IMG/VR virus record: IMGVR_UViG_3300028045_000005
Direction: 5' to 3' (one strand)
DNA from: a virus
DNA: 37,051 bases
The notes below the pieces were generated by a model. The model saw only the letters and a list, made by a program, of their open reading frames with translations, searched no databases and was not told the DNA's origin. Positions 28,224 to 36,985 of the stretch are shown here, one piece after another. A program made the translations under genes and the position numbers. Position 1 is the stretch's first letter. Each line of letters opens with the position of its first letter.

Positions 28224-30032
28224 CTAAAAAGTAATTTGATATGTCTTGGAGCCGTCGATGGTAAAAGTACCGGCGTTAGGCCCAACATAGGCATATCTAG
28301 CTCGTTGTAAATCACTGCTATCATCATATGTTGCAAATTTAATCTTGTAACCTGTGCTTAAAGTTGTGGCCCATGCAGTTCCGAAAGTTAATTGATTACC
28401 GCTAATGGCAATTATCTCGTTAATTGGGTCTGCAAAGTATGTTTGAGCCGTGTAATCCCACAGTCTAACCTTGTAACCAACCTCATAACACGCACCGTCA
28501 GGCACGGTTATAATTGACTGACTTACTATTGTTGAAATATTTGGTGAAGGGGCGATAAGGCCTAGTCGTATCCCATGATAGGAAGTGAACTCTAATTTAT
28601 ACCTTACAAGTCCAGTATTAAAATCAATGGCCCTAGACATGATTTCCATTTGGTCACTCATACCAAGTGATGCACCTTGTTGTGGTAAATACCTATGGGT
28701 GACCAGGACATCATCTCCTACTTCGTGGTCAGACTCCTTAAAATGGGCCGTAGCTTGCACAGATGCCTGTGGTGTCGCTAAACGTGCCAGTAACCTTGAA
28801 GCTCTACTAGAAGCGATTGCAGAGCCACCTAAATCAGCTTGCACGCCTTTGAAGTTTAATACTAATGTTTTTGATTCACCATAATCTGTTATCGAATCAG
28901 CATTTTGTGACTCAGAGACTCGGGTATATTTCTTAAGACCTTCAGACCACGCCCAGTTAACCTTTATCTTGTTAACAACCCTGTTAGAATCAAGCTTCCA
29001 CGTGGGGTTACCTACGATATCGTCTTCGTTTAAATTAGGAACACTCGCTCCGAAATCCACTTGGTCTAGTATTGAAAGGGAAATTAAAGAATTCTTAATA
29101 ACAATTCTCGTATTAGTTGCCGACATAAGTTCTTTTTCAAGATACTTCAACGTGTCATCTACATCATAAAGCCATAACCTGAATACATCTGTCGAAAAAT
29201 TGACGGTTCTTATAGACTCCATTTCGGTGACATCCACTAGGGCAGCGTCAATGCCAAGACCTCCGTGCTCTAAAACGTCGTAAGTCGCGTGATTAGTGCC
29301 ACTCCCATCTGTTGAAAGAAGTATTTCTAAAAGGCACGTGATTGGATTCTTTTCATTCTCAGTGACAAGGAAAACCTCATCGTCATCACTGTGGGCATCT
29401 GCTGTTGAAGAAAGGTCTGCCCTGGTTACACCTGTTAAGTCATTTAAAGATTTGCCTGTCCATTTTAAAAACTCATCATTTATCTTTAACAGAACTGTGT
29501 TATTCCCAACCGTAGAAGAAGAGGGGAAATCAGTCGCATCTGTCAAGGATAACGTAGTATCTACGGCTGAGATCCCCCCATCTAAAGTGGACGCAACCTG
29601 AAAAGAAGGGGCGGTAACAAGGGTAGTAATATCTTTTGCAGAAATGGCGTATTGGTTGGCCACTTTTCTAATTGATTTAATTCTTGTATCAGCTAGTTTT
29701 TTGTATTCAGAGAATGCAAAGCCTGCTGTTGTGATGAATCCCACATACACTATACAGGTTTCATTCATCCAATTGGTAATATTAGTCATGATTTGCGACG
29801 AAATCACAGCATCTTTATCTAGCAGTGAAAATGAAACACTTGGGAGAGTTGTTTTTACATTTCTAATATCTACAGTGTCAGGGTTTAATCTTACATTCAT
29901 CACGGTGCCAAGCTTGTCAGCATCTATAGTGAGGCCTGAGTCTACTTGGTATTGAGAGTAATATTCTGCGCCTATCTTAATAACGATATTTAATTGGAAC
30001 TCTTTATTTAAAAGCTCTGTTTCGTATGTCAA
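28224..30032 (-). CDS. Tail tip/hub protein (Tal-like)
   Basis: 602 aa. Second gene after the tape measure, the siphovirus order TMP-Dit-Tal. No catalytic motif recognised. Confidence 0.5.
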   Translation of the reverse strand: MTYETELLNKEFQLNIVIKIGAEYYSQYQVDSGLTIDADKLGTVMNVRLNPDTVDIRNVKTTLPSVSFSLLDKDAVISSQIMTNITNWMNETCIVYVGFITTAGFAFSEYKKLADTRIKSIRKVANQYAISAKDITTLVTAPSFQVASTLDGGISAVDTTLSLTDATDFPSSSTVGNNTVLLKINDEFLKWTGKSLNDLTGVTRADLSSTADAHSDDDEVFLVTENEKNPITCLLEILLSTDGSGTNHATYDVLEHGGLGIDAALVDVTEMESIRTVNFSTDVFRLWLYDVDDTLKYLEKELMSATNTRIVIKNSLISLSILDQVDFGASVPNLNEDDIVGNPTWKLDSNRVVNKIKVNWAWSEGLKKYTRVSESQNADSITDYGESKTLVLNFKGVQADLGGSAIASSRASRLLARLATPQASVQATAHFKESDHEVGDDVLVTHRYLPQQGASLGMSDQMEIMSRAIDFNTGLVRYKLEFTSYHGIRLGLIAPSPNISTIVSQSIITVPDGACYEVGYKVRLWDYTAQTYFADPINEIIAISGNQLTFGTAWATTLSTGYKIKFATYDDSSDLQRARYAYVGPNAGTFTIDGSKTYQITF

Positions 30033-30430
30033 AGCGTCCTCTCGATATCTAGCACTAGGTCATATATAAAGCCTGTAGTTTCCTTTACAAGTCTTCTAGG
30101 GTTGAATTTCTTGTCCCTCAAGGTGACTGTAATGAAATCAACCTCATCTTCTGATTCATAGTAATTAAAAGAGCCACCCTTTAATGCGTGGTCTTCATAT
30201 AACTTTCTAAGGGCTGTAATTTCTGTCTCGGTTAGAAATGTAAGTTGTATCTTGTTTCTTTCTTCTGAATAGTTGTATTGAAATTGTTTTGAGCCATTAT
30301 TGGACTTTGATAACTTGCCTACACCTAACTTATCTTCTGGGAAAAAGTCACCTTCAGGAGGGAGTGTTAACGTGATGGTTGTGGAGCCATCTACTGGGTG
30401 TGTGTATATGAGCTTGGGCACATAGTTCAA
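30029..30430 (-). CDS. Distal/minor tail protein
   Basis: 133 aa, immediately downstream of the tape measure gene (1-nt gap). ATGA-type overlap with the next gene. Confidence 0.45.
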   Translation of the reverse strand: MNYVPKLIYTHPVDGSTTITLTLPPEGDFFPEDKLGVGKLSKSNNGSKQFQYNYSEERNKIQLTFLTETEITALRKLYEDHALKGGSFNYYESEDEVDFITVTLRDKKFNPRRLVKETTGFIYDLVLDIERTL

Positions 30431-30431
30431 G

Positions 30432-32939
30432 TTAAGTCCTTAGTTCTGCGTTTCCGAAATCTATCCTGTCATTTATTGCACTTATCATGTCATCAATGGT
30501 TGTTTCAGGTATATCGCCCGTTAAAGATTCGACGTTAACCGTAATGTTAGACCCGCTAGATACCTCTCCTCTATTAAGAGAATTGAATAAGTTTGTCTGC
30601 TGCCTTCTGTTCAAAATAGCTTCACCACCCGCTACCGATATTTGCCTGTTGTCAGCATTTGATATTGGCCCACCGACAATACCACCGTCTTGGAACCCTT
30701 GGGAGGCCGGGGGTTTAGCAGATGCAATTTTCTGTACATTGATAGCAGCTGCAATACCTGTGGCAGCTGCCAGTGCAAATGAAAATGGCGGAGGAGCCGC
30801 TGAAAGTGCGGTCTGCACGGCCAATGCGCCTTTCACCACAGCTTGCGTTATGGCTGCAGCTTTCCCAATAGCGAATAATGTTTTGTTTGAGCTCTGGGTA
30901 AGCGTTGAAATATTCCCCAGTGTCGTTTGCAAGTTAGCAAGACGCTGCTTATTTGTTAGTTCTCTGAATTGTTGAATTCTGAATATAGACTGCTTCTCTG
31001 ATTTTTCTTGGGCAGCTTGGCGTTTATGTCTGGCTTCCGTAAACTTCTTTTCTCTCTTGAGTCTAATTTGTTCAGCCTGCATTCTTATGGTTTCTTGTCT
31101 GCCAAGGTTGTCAGATATTCTTTGGAGCTCAGTGCTCGCCTCAACCTCTTTCTCAGCCTGTTCGATATCCTTTCTTTCTTGGGCAGCGAGTTTTGCATCT
31201 TCCCTCTGGAGTCTTTCTATTTCCTGGCGCTCCATTTCGATAGCAGTTAATTGCTCGTTCTTTGCGGTTGTTCCGGCCACTGCAATCTGCGTCCTCTGTG
31301 CATAGAACTCAATGTCTCTGTCTAATATCGTCTGGGTTGTTGTTTGGTTTTGCTCAACTTCTCTTTGCCTTCCCTCTTGGAGCTTGGCTTGAAACTCAAG
31401 GGTTTTAGTTTCGAGTTTTTCTTGGTTAGCTATCCTTTGTGCAACTTCAGCATCTCTAGCATCACGGCCTTTTTTGAGAGCTTCAATTTCTCTGTTGTTA
31501 GCGTCTATGGCGGCGTCAGCACTAGCGATTACATCTTCTCTTCCACCCGTGAATCTCAATAAGGCGGCCAGTGCCTCGTTGTAAGAAACTGCCAATTCTT
31601 TGACGGATATAGTCACGCCGTCAGACGAGTCTGCAAGGAAGCTCATGAAATTAAGGGTTGTGTTTATGGCGCTGCTAAATGAAACAAAAGTCCCTATAGC
31701 AAAATCTACTGCGTCAGCCACTAGCAGTAGCCCATTGCCACCGACAAACTCTCTTATTGCTTTCAATCCAAAAGCTATCGGTTGTTCAAAATTAACAAAG
31801 AATGCCTGTGGAAGGTTAGCGAGCTCTTGTTGCAGTCTTTCTAGCTGGAAAGCTGCTGACTGGGATATGACCTTGAATGCATCCGCAGTTGCGTTTGAGT
31901 TAACATCAAGTGTCTTTGCTGTTTCTCCGAGTATTCGTTCAAAGTCTTCAAAGTCACCAGATACAACTTTTAATATAGGGCCTAGAGCCCTTACGTTAGG
32001 GAATAGTTTCCCTAGTTTTTCAGTCGAGCCACCTGTTGCCTCAGCTACGCTTTTGAGAAATCCCGCAAAGCCTTTTGACTCAATGGCGGCTATGTTAAAA
32101 TCAAGCCCCATCCTTTTAGCAGCGTCGGCGGTTTCCTTAGCAGGCTTAATTACAGTTGTAAGAATTGCCTTTAGCCCTGTCACTGCAATATCTGTGGAAA
32201 TACCACCTTTGGTTATAGCGGCTAGTGTTCCGGCCAATTCATCGAATCTCACATTTGCAGCTGCTGCGATTGGAGCAACTACGCCAATATTGTTCGAGAG
32301 CTCCCCAAAAGTGGTTTGACCTTCCCTTACTGCTACGAATAATGCATCACTCGATTGCTTTGCTGTGAGGCCTGCTTTTGAATAAGCATTCATTGTTGAC
32401 ACTAGCGCCTTAGCAGAAGTATCGATATCTACAAGCCCTGCGGTAGCTGCAAGGTTGGCAGCTTTCAGGACCTCTAACTGGCTAGCGGTGGTTTTAATAC
32501 CTGCTGAAACAATTGCATAAAAGGCTTTAGCTTGAGTCTGGGCATCCCCACTGAAAGCAGAAGAGAAGTCTATAAATGCTTGCTTGGATTTCTCTGTAAG
32601 TTTTTCATTTTTAGGGAGTATTGAGTTAACTTCGGCTATTGCTTTGGAAAACTCAAGGGCTTCTCTTGAAGCGGCGATAAAACCTCTTGTTAATAACTGA
32701 AGACCCTTAAAAACAACAGCCCCTGCAACAAGGCCCGTTAAGGCTGCGCCAAGCTTTAGAGCAGAACGCCTAGAGCTATCTAGGCCCTTCTTCATCTTCT
32801 TATTGCTCTTAGTTGCTTGATCATCGGCCTTGTCAAAGCCTTTTTCTAGCGCACTAACAGATATTCTAAGTGCCCTTAACGCTTTTTCTGCCTGCTTGGC
32901 ATCTAGCGTAAGGGTAGTCTTGACAGTTTCGGCCATCAT
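30432..32939 (-). CDS. Tail tape measure protein (TP901-type core region)
   Basis: 835 aa. FGELSNNIGVVAPIAAAANVRFDELAGTLAAITKGGISTDIAVTGLKAILTTVIKP matches the TMP core. Long Ala/Gln/Glu-rich helical regions and Gly-rich hydrophobic C-terminal segments. Confidence 0.9.
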   Translation of the reverse strand: MMAETVKTTLTLDAKQAEKALRALRISVSALEKGFDKADDQATKSNKKMKKGLDSSRRSALKLGAALTGLVAGAVVFKGLQLLTRGFIAASREALEFSKAIAEVNSILPKNEKLTEKSKQAFIDFSSAFSGDAQTQAKAFYAIVSAGIKTTASQLEVLKAANLAATAGLVDIDTSAKALVSTMNAYSKAGLTAKQSSDALFVAVREGQTTFGELSNNIGVVAPIAAAANVRFDELAGTLAAITKGGISTDIAVTGLKAILTTVIKPAKETADAAKRMGLDFNIAAIESKGFAGFLKSVAEATGGSTEKLGKLFPNVRALGPILKVVSGDFEDFERILGETAKTLDVNSNATADAFKVISQSAAFQLERLQQELANLPQAFFVNFEQPIAFGLKAIREFVGGNGLLLVADAVDFAIGTFVSFSSAINTTLNFMSFLADSSDGVTISVKELAVSYNEALAALLRFTGGREDVIASADAAIDANNREIEALKKGRDARDAEVAQRIANQEKLETKTLEFQAKLQEGRQREVEQNQTTTQTILDRDIEFYAQRTQIAVAGTTAKNEQLTAIEMERQEIERLQREDAKLAAQERKDIEQAEKEVEASTELQRISDNLGRQETIRMQAEQIRLKREKKFTEARHKRQAAQEKSEKQSIFRIQQFRELTNKQRLANLQTTLGNISTLTQSSNKTLFAIGKAAAITQAVVKGALAVQTALSAAPPPFSFALAAATGIAAAINVQKIASAKPPASQGFQDGGIVGGPISNADNRQISVAGGEAILNRRQQTNLFNSLNRGEVSSGSNITVNVESLTGDIPETTIDDMISAINDRIDFGNAELRT

Positions 32940-32970
32940 CTTTCCTTGATGGGTTTTATTTTAATAGAAT

Positions 32971-33471
32971 TTACCTAGATTTACTATTCTTGCGAGCGGC
33001 TTCTTTCTCAACCTCCCTTTCTCGTTGAATCTCTTTTTCATCTCTAATAGATTGGATTAACTCGAAAATCTCTATCAGCTTGCCTGGCTGGTCTGATAAT
33101 GTGCCACCGAAAGGCATTACACCTTTTTCGTACATTAAGAACCAGTCAATCAAATACCTGACCTGAGTGTTAGTGTAATTGCCGGGGCACCTGTTGAATC
33201 TGATGTTTTCTATCTGATAATTTCTAATACCAGAGACTTCACAGCCTTTCTTAAGCATCATATTTCGCAAGGCATTCCCGGCTTTTTCTTTGTTTTCATA
33301 CTTATCAAACTGCTTTTTACACTGGTAACAGTTCCATGTTTTTTCATACGAAGCTTCAATGGATGCTACTAGGCAAATATATTCTTGGTCAGTGACATTG
33401 TTATACTGTCTTATGATGTCGCAATAAGGCCCCCACAGTTCGTGGTATGGGCCTATTACTTTACCCTGGAT
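32971..33471 (-). CDS. gpT-like extension ORF in the -1 frame of the chaperone gene (probable G-T frameshift product). Stand-alone TTG/ATG starts exist only at 33270/33261
   Basis: Hand translation shows the frame is open from 33471 (just after an in-frame TAA at 33474..33472) to 32971. There is no ATG, GTG or TTG before 33270. It overlaps the last 16 nt of the 33456..33872 gene. Confidence 0.5.
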   Translation of the reverse strand: MQGKVIGPYHELWGPYCDIIRQYNNVTDQEYICLVASIEASYEKTWNCYQCKKQFDKYENKEKAGNALRNMMLKKGCEVSGIRNYQIENIRFNRCPGNYTNTQVRYLIDWFLMYEKGVMPFGGTLSDQPGKLIEIFELIQSIRDEKEIQREREVEKEAARKNSKSR

Positions 33472-33872
33472 TTATCTTTTACGATCTCGACGCCTTCAAG
33501 GGCTTCTTGGGTGTAGATATTTAAAATCTTTCCATCTTTGAGGGGCATGGCCAGGCCAGCTAAAGCATCCCTTAGTAGGGCAGTTGGCTCTATTGAAAAC
33601 AGTTCACTTACACAGTCGTCGGTGAGAAGATCGCCTTCAAACTCAAACTCGTAGTCGCCACCGTCTTCAATCTTAAGACCCTCACATTTTTTTAAGGTGT
33701 GTTTTATAAGGTATGCTTGAGATTCAATTAGATTAACAACGGGGTCTTTCCCTACTTGGTTTGTGAGTGAAGCAAGCTCTGCTCTTTCCAAATAAGACAA
33801 TGGCTTTGAGTGAAATACTAAGTCGCCAATTTTGAATTTAACAAGTTTCTTTAAACTCGGAACAACTATCAT
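33456..33872 (-). CDS. Tail assembly chaperone (gpG-like)
   Basis: 138 aa, acidic. Lies between the major tail gene and the tape measure gene. AGGAGA SD. Confidence 0.65.
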   Translation of the reverse strand: MIVVPSLKKLVKFKIGDLVFHSKPLSYLERAELASLTNQVGKDPVVNLIESQAYLIKHTLKKCEGLKIEDGGDYEFEFEGDLLTDDCVSELFSIEPTALLRDALAGLAMPLKDGKILNIYTQEALEGVEIVKDKSRVK

Positions 33873-33885
33873 GAATGTCTCCTAT

Positions 33886-33928
33886 GAATGAATGTCCTAA
33901 TATCATACGACACTAGGACACTTCATTC
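33886..33928. other. Long stem-loop between the major tail protein gene and the chaperone gene
   Basis: GAATGAATGTCCTA-N14-TAGGACACTTCATTC (14 bp with one bulge). No U-tract follows on the minus strand, and the chaperone SD starts right after the stem. Confidence 0.55.
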
Positions 33929-33939
33929 AAAGGATATGA

Positions 33940-35115
33940 TTAACAAAAACCTACAAAGATTTCTGTTAGATCTCCGGTTGTCCCAGTGTTTGCCTGGAAC
34001 TCTGCAGGGCGTGTAAGAACTCCGTCTTTATCAGCTTTTGTAAGTGATGTGAAAATACACTGTGGAAGGTAAAATCCCACTACTGACCCAAGATCGAACT
34101 CACCAGTTGTTGTTGATTCGTTGCGAAAGATACAAACTAAGCTGAAGCTCGTATTGTCGTTAAAATCATTCCACAGATCTAGTGAATTATCATCCATATA
34201 AGGTGCTAAACTTCCATTTACAAGCCTTTCAGCAATCCTGGAGCTTAGTCTACCAGTACACGAAGTGACACTCGTTAGAAATGAAATAGTGTTTTCAACA
34301 CTCAAAGAGAGCTCGTCCATTTCTAATGCCACACCATCTTTTGTCAGGGTAACACATAACGCCACTGGGGGGATCTCGTCATCAAATGCGGGGGTTTGAC
34401 CTGTAGCAGAAGACCCTTCATTTACTTCATTATAGTCAGTACCTTCTTCAGCAAATGTTATTGTAGGTATTTGCCCAGTTGTAAGGTTTTCGAAACTTCC
34501 ACTTGCTGGCCTTAAGCCAATGGCGCTTTCGTGGATCTCATCACCCCAGTAAACATGCTTTGTATAAGTCGGCTCGTCACCGGCCGCATAATAAGTTGTG
34601 GATTTAGCAATCTCCACAGCATCACTTGGGGCACCTGATCTAGCAGGCGTATAAGTAAATGTGTCATCTGTTTTTGATTCAACAAAGTGAGCGGTATGGT
34701 CGCCCGCTTCTAATATTACAACAAAGTCACCAACTACTAGCCCGTGAGCTACGGCGTTGATTAAAGATGTTGTGTGGGTTGTCCCGGTAGTAATCCTTGC
34801 TACTAATTGATTCTTACCACCAAGTAGCGCTTGCCATAAAACATCTGTTTCAGGCGCTTGACCTTCAACACCAGAGCCTTTCCATTCTACAGGAGTGCTG
34901 CCACTTACTGATTTAGTGGAAACTCTTGGTTGAACCTTACCTTTGCCTGAAGCGATAATTAATCTTTCTAGTAATTCTTTTGCAGGGGCAACTTCAATGC
35001 CTTCTAGCACTTGAATAAATTCAGCTCCTGCACTGATTGGATCTTCTGTTCCTTCGACGGCTTCTTCTACGATGCCTACCTTTGTTTCATTCTTGATTAC
35101 ACCTATGGCCATCAT
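33940..35115 (-). CDS. Major tail (tube) protein
   Basis: 391 aa, directly upstream of the chaperone pair and TMP. There is no sheath-sized gene nearby, so a non-contractile tail is expected. Positional call. Confidence 0.6.
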   Translation of the reverse strand: MMAIGVIKNETKVGIVEEAVEGTEDPISAGAEFIQVLEGIEVAPAKELLERLIIASGKGKVQPRVSTKSVSGSTPVEWKGSGVEGQAPETDVLWQALLGGKNQLVARITTGTTHTTSLINAVAHGLVVGDFVVILEAGDHTAHFVESKTDDTFTYTPARSGAPSDAVEIAKSTTYYAAGDEPTYTKHVYWGDEIHESAIGLRPASGSFENLTTGQIPTITFAEEGTDYNEVNEGSSATGQTPAFDDEIPPVALCVTLTKDGVALEMDELSLSVENTISFLTSVTSCTGRLSSRIAERLVNGSLAPYMDDNSLDLWNDFNDNTSFSLVCIFRNESTTTGEFDLGSVVGFYLPQCIFTSLTKADKDGVLTRPAEFQANTGTTGDLTEIFVGFC

Positions 35116-35121
35116 TAGCTC

Positions 35122-35562
35122 CTAGTTTAGTTGGTTTCTATATTTAATGGTGAAAATGGCCTGTAAAGATACAGCATTCTCAACCTCTAAATTAATCTCT
35201 TCTATAGATGATAGGACAATGTTTAAGACTTTGCCAGGAACCAGCTTGGTACATGAGACCTCTTTAACAATCTCGTCTAGGGCGTCTTCTAGCTCGTCTA
35301 TAGCTATTTGTTGCTTACTGTCATCTGTTTTGTTGGTGAATTGGTTCGATAATATAACAGTGAAATCCCTATCAGCGGTATAATTTGTGAGAACACCGCT
35401 AACACCCTCAGCCGCTCCTGCAATAACTCCATACCTTTTTCCTGTGTTTTTACCGTGGTTCTTAAATAGGTCGAATTTATATTTGAGCTCTTCATATGTA
35501 GGTAGAGTTGTAGCTATACTTGATTCAAACGCTTCTCTAATATCTTTTACAATAGAACTCAT
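35122..35562 (-). CDS. Tail terminator / tail-to-head joining protein (putative)
   Basis: 146 aa, immediately upstream of the major tail gene. Positional call. Confidence 0.45.
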   Translation of the reverse strand: MSSIVKDIREAFESSIATTLPTYEELKYKFDLFKNHGKNTGKRYGVIAGAAEGVSGVLTNYTADRDFTVILSNQFTNKTDDSKQQIAIDELEDALDEIVKEVSCTKLVPGKVLNIVLSSIEEINLEVENAVSLQAIFTIKYRNQLN

Positions 35563-36422
35563 ACCCTAAGCACCTTTGAAATTGTTATCTGGCCACGTTC
35601 GTCACGGTCCAATGTCCCGTCATCGTCAGTATCAAGAGTAAGAAGGTAAACACCGAATGCCTCTTCAAAGTCCCTGTTATATCTGTCTGCCAATTGAAGC
35701 CACTTGTCCTCTATGTCATCTGAGCACGCAAAGAATATTTTTGAGAGGGCCAAAAACTTAGCTGCAATTCTCAATTGAGAAACATCTAATAAATCCCATA
35801 TAGTGATATCTGCTAAATATTTAGAGTTTCCATCAAGCTTTGCATTGTCAGGTCTTGTTTTAACCTTGGTTCTGCCTTGGTTTCTTAATTTTTGGATAAT
35901 GTCCCTGGTGACGGCTTGGTGGTATCTAATAAAAGTCGTGTCACCTGTTGGTATAAAATCATCAACAATATTGGGGTATTCTTCTTTTAAATCATTGTCG
36001 TTAGCAAAAACCATCTTAAGGCCAGCAAGGGCAGTGCCTGCAAGCATGGCAACATCGGAAGTTATCTCAATCCAATACTTCTCCTCACCATTGATAGTAG
36101 ATTTTTCCCAGTCAGATATGGTTTTATCCTTATCCCATGAAATAAACCCACTTCTAGTGAATGCCTTTGTTTCATCCAAGATATCTGGCATGGCCGTGAA
36201 GGATGCCACATAATATTTAATAGATAATGTAGCAGCGTTAGTGTTAGCAGTGCTCATCTCTGCATATAGATTAAACACAGGCTTATCAAACCCGATAAGC
36301 AGTTGATCATCTACGGCGTCTAATGGAGACGAGAAAGTGTCTACTATGTAATTATCTGACTCTTGAGAGACATCTGTGTAAGTTGTCCCGTCGTAAAATA
36401 ATACCGTTAATTTATCTTTCAT
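35559..36422 (-). CDS. Head-tail connector/adaptor-like protein with an extra N-terminal domain (putative)
   Basis: 287 aa. The C-terminal helical part (LRIAAKFLALSKIFFACSDDIEDKWLQLADRYNRDFEEAF) resembles gp6-type adaptor helices. Weak, positional. Confidence 0.4.
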   Translation of the reverse strand: MKDKLTVLFYDGTTYTDVSQESDNYIVDTFSSPLDAVDDQLLIGFDKPVFNLYAEMSTANTNAATLSIKYYVASFTAMPDILDETKAFTRSGFISWDKDKTISDWEKSTINGEEKYWIEITSDVAMLAGTALAGLKMVFANDNDLKEEYPNIVDDFIPTGDTTFIRYHQAVTRDIIQKLRNQGRTKVKTRPDNAKLDGNSKYLADITIWDLLDVSQLRIAAKFLALSKIFFACSDDIEDKWLQLADRYNRDFEEAFGVYLLTLDTDDDGTLDRDERGQITISKVLRV

Positions 36423-36985
36423 ATCTTTCCCTTGAATTCATATACATCTGAGAATAAGTCACATTCTATAAATGTTTTATCAGTGTAAAACTCAGCGCCA
36501 AGCGATTTAAATTTACACATCTTGTTACCCTTGACTCTTTCATATCCTACAGCGCCAAGCTCATAACAATAAAACATTCCGTTTTCGGGGGAAAGATCCA
36601 TGTCATATCTTTGACCCTCTTGCTTATATAGCCAGTCTATCATTGCGTTAATGGAACTTGGGGAGAGTAAAGTGTCTCTGGTTATTCTAAACTTATCCTT
36701 CCTATACAAGAAGCCGTCCAGCCTAACAACTCTAACACCAGATCCCACTGCTTCAATAACTTTCCCGTTGCCCAAATAAATACCAAGGTGTTTATACTCT
36801 CCCGGGATGCCCAGATTAGTGGCTTCACCGATTTTGTATGTAAGGATAAAATCACCGCGCTTGATAACCTGCTCAGCTATGTCTAATTGTTCATCCCCTA
36901 CTAATGGCTTCTTGAAAGATACATACCAAGACCCATAAGCGATTATGAATGGCCTGAAGAATCTTAGAAACCAGAGGTAAAACAT
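36419..36985 (-). CDS. Permuted papain-like (NlpC/P60 superfamily, YiiX/C92-type) hydrolase with an N-terminal hydrophobic segment
   Basis: Start set to ATG 36985 (equivalent to base 61), which forms TAATG with the stop of the 61..1044 gene across the circular junction. The track start is 37027. IKRGDFIL, YKHLGIYLGNGKVIEAV, GQRYDMD and MFYCYEL show the His-before-Cys order typical of the permuted family. Confidence 0.6.
   Translation of the reverse strand: MFYLWFLRFFRPFIIAYGSWYVSFKKPLVGDEQLDIAEQVIKRGDFILTYKIGEATNLGIPGEYKHLGIYLGNGKVIEAVGSGVRVVRLDGFLYRKDKFRITRDTLLSPSSINAMIDWLYKQEGQRYDMDLSPENGMFYCYELGAVGYERVKGNKMCKFKSLGAEFYTDKTFIECDLFSDVYEFKGKI

Noticed and set aside
31600-32319. 239-aa plus-strand ORF (and several smaller ones, 30487..31562) inside the tape measure gene
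   Set aside because: It is an Ala/Ser/Leu-rich antisense shadow of the Ala/Glu/Lys-rich TMP coding sequence. There is no start context, and the TMP call is strongly supported by motifs.
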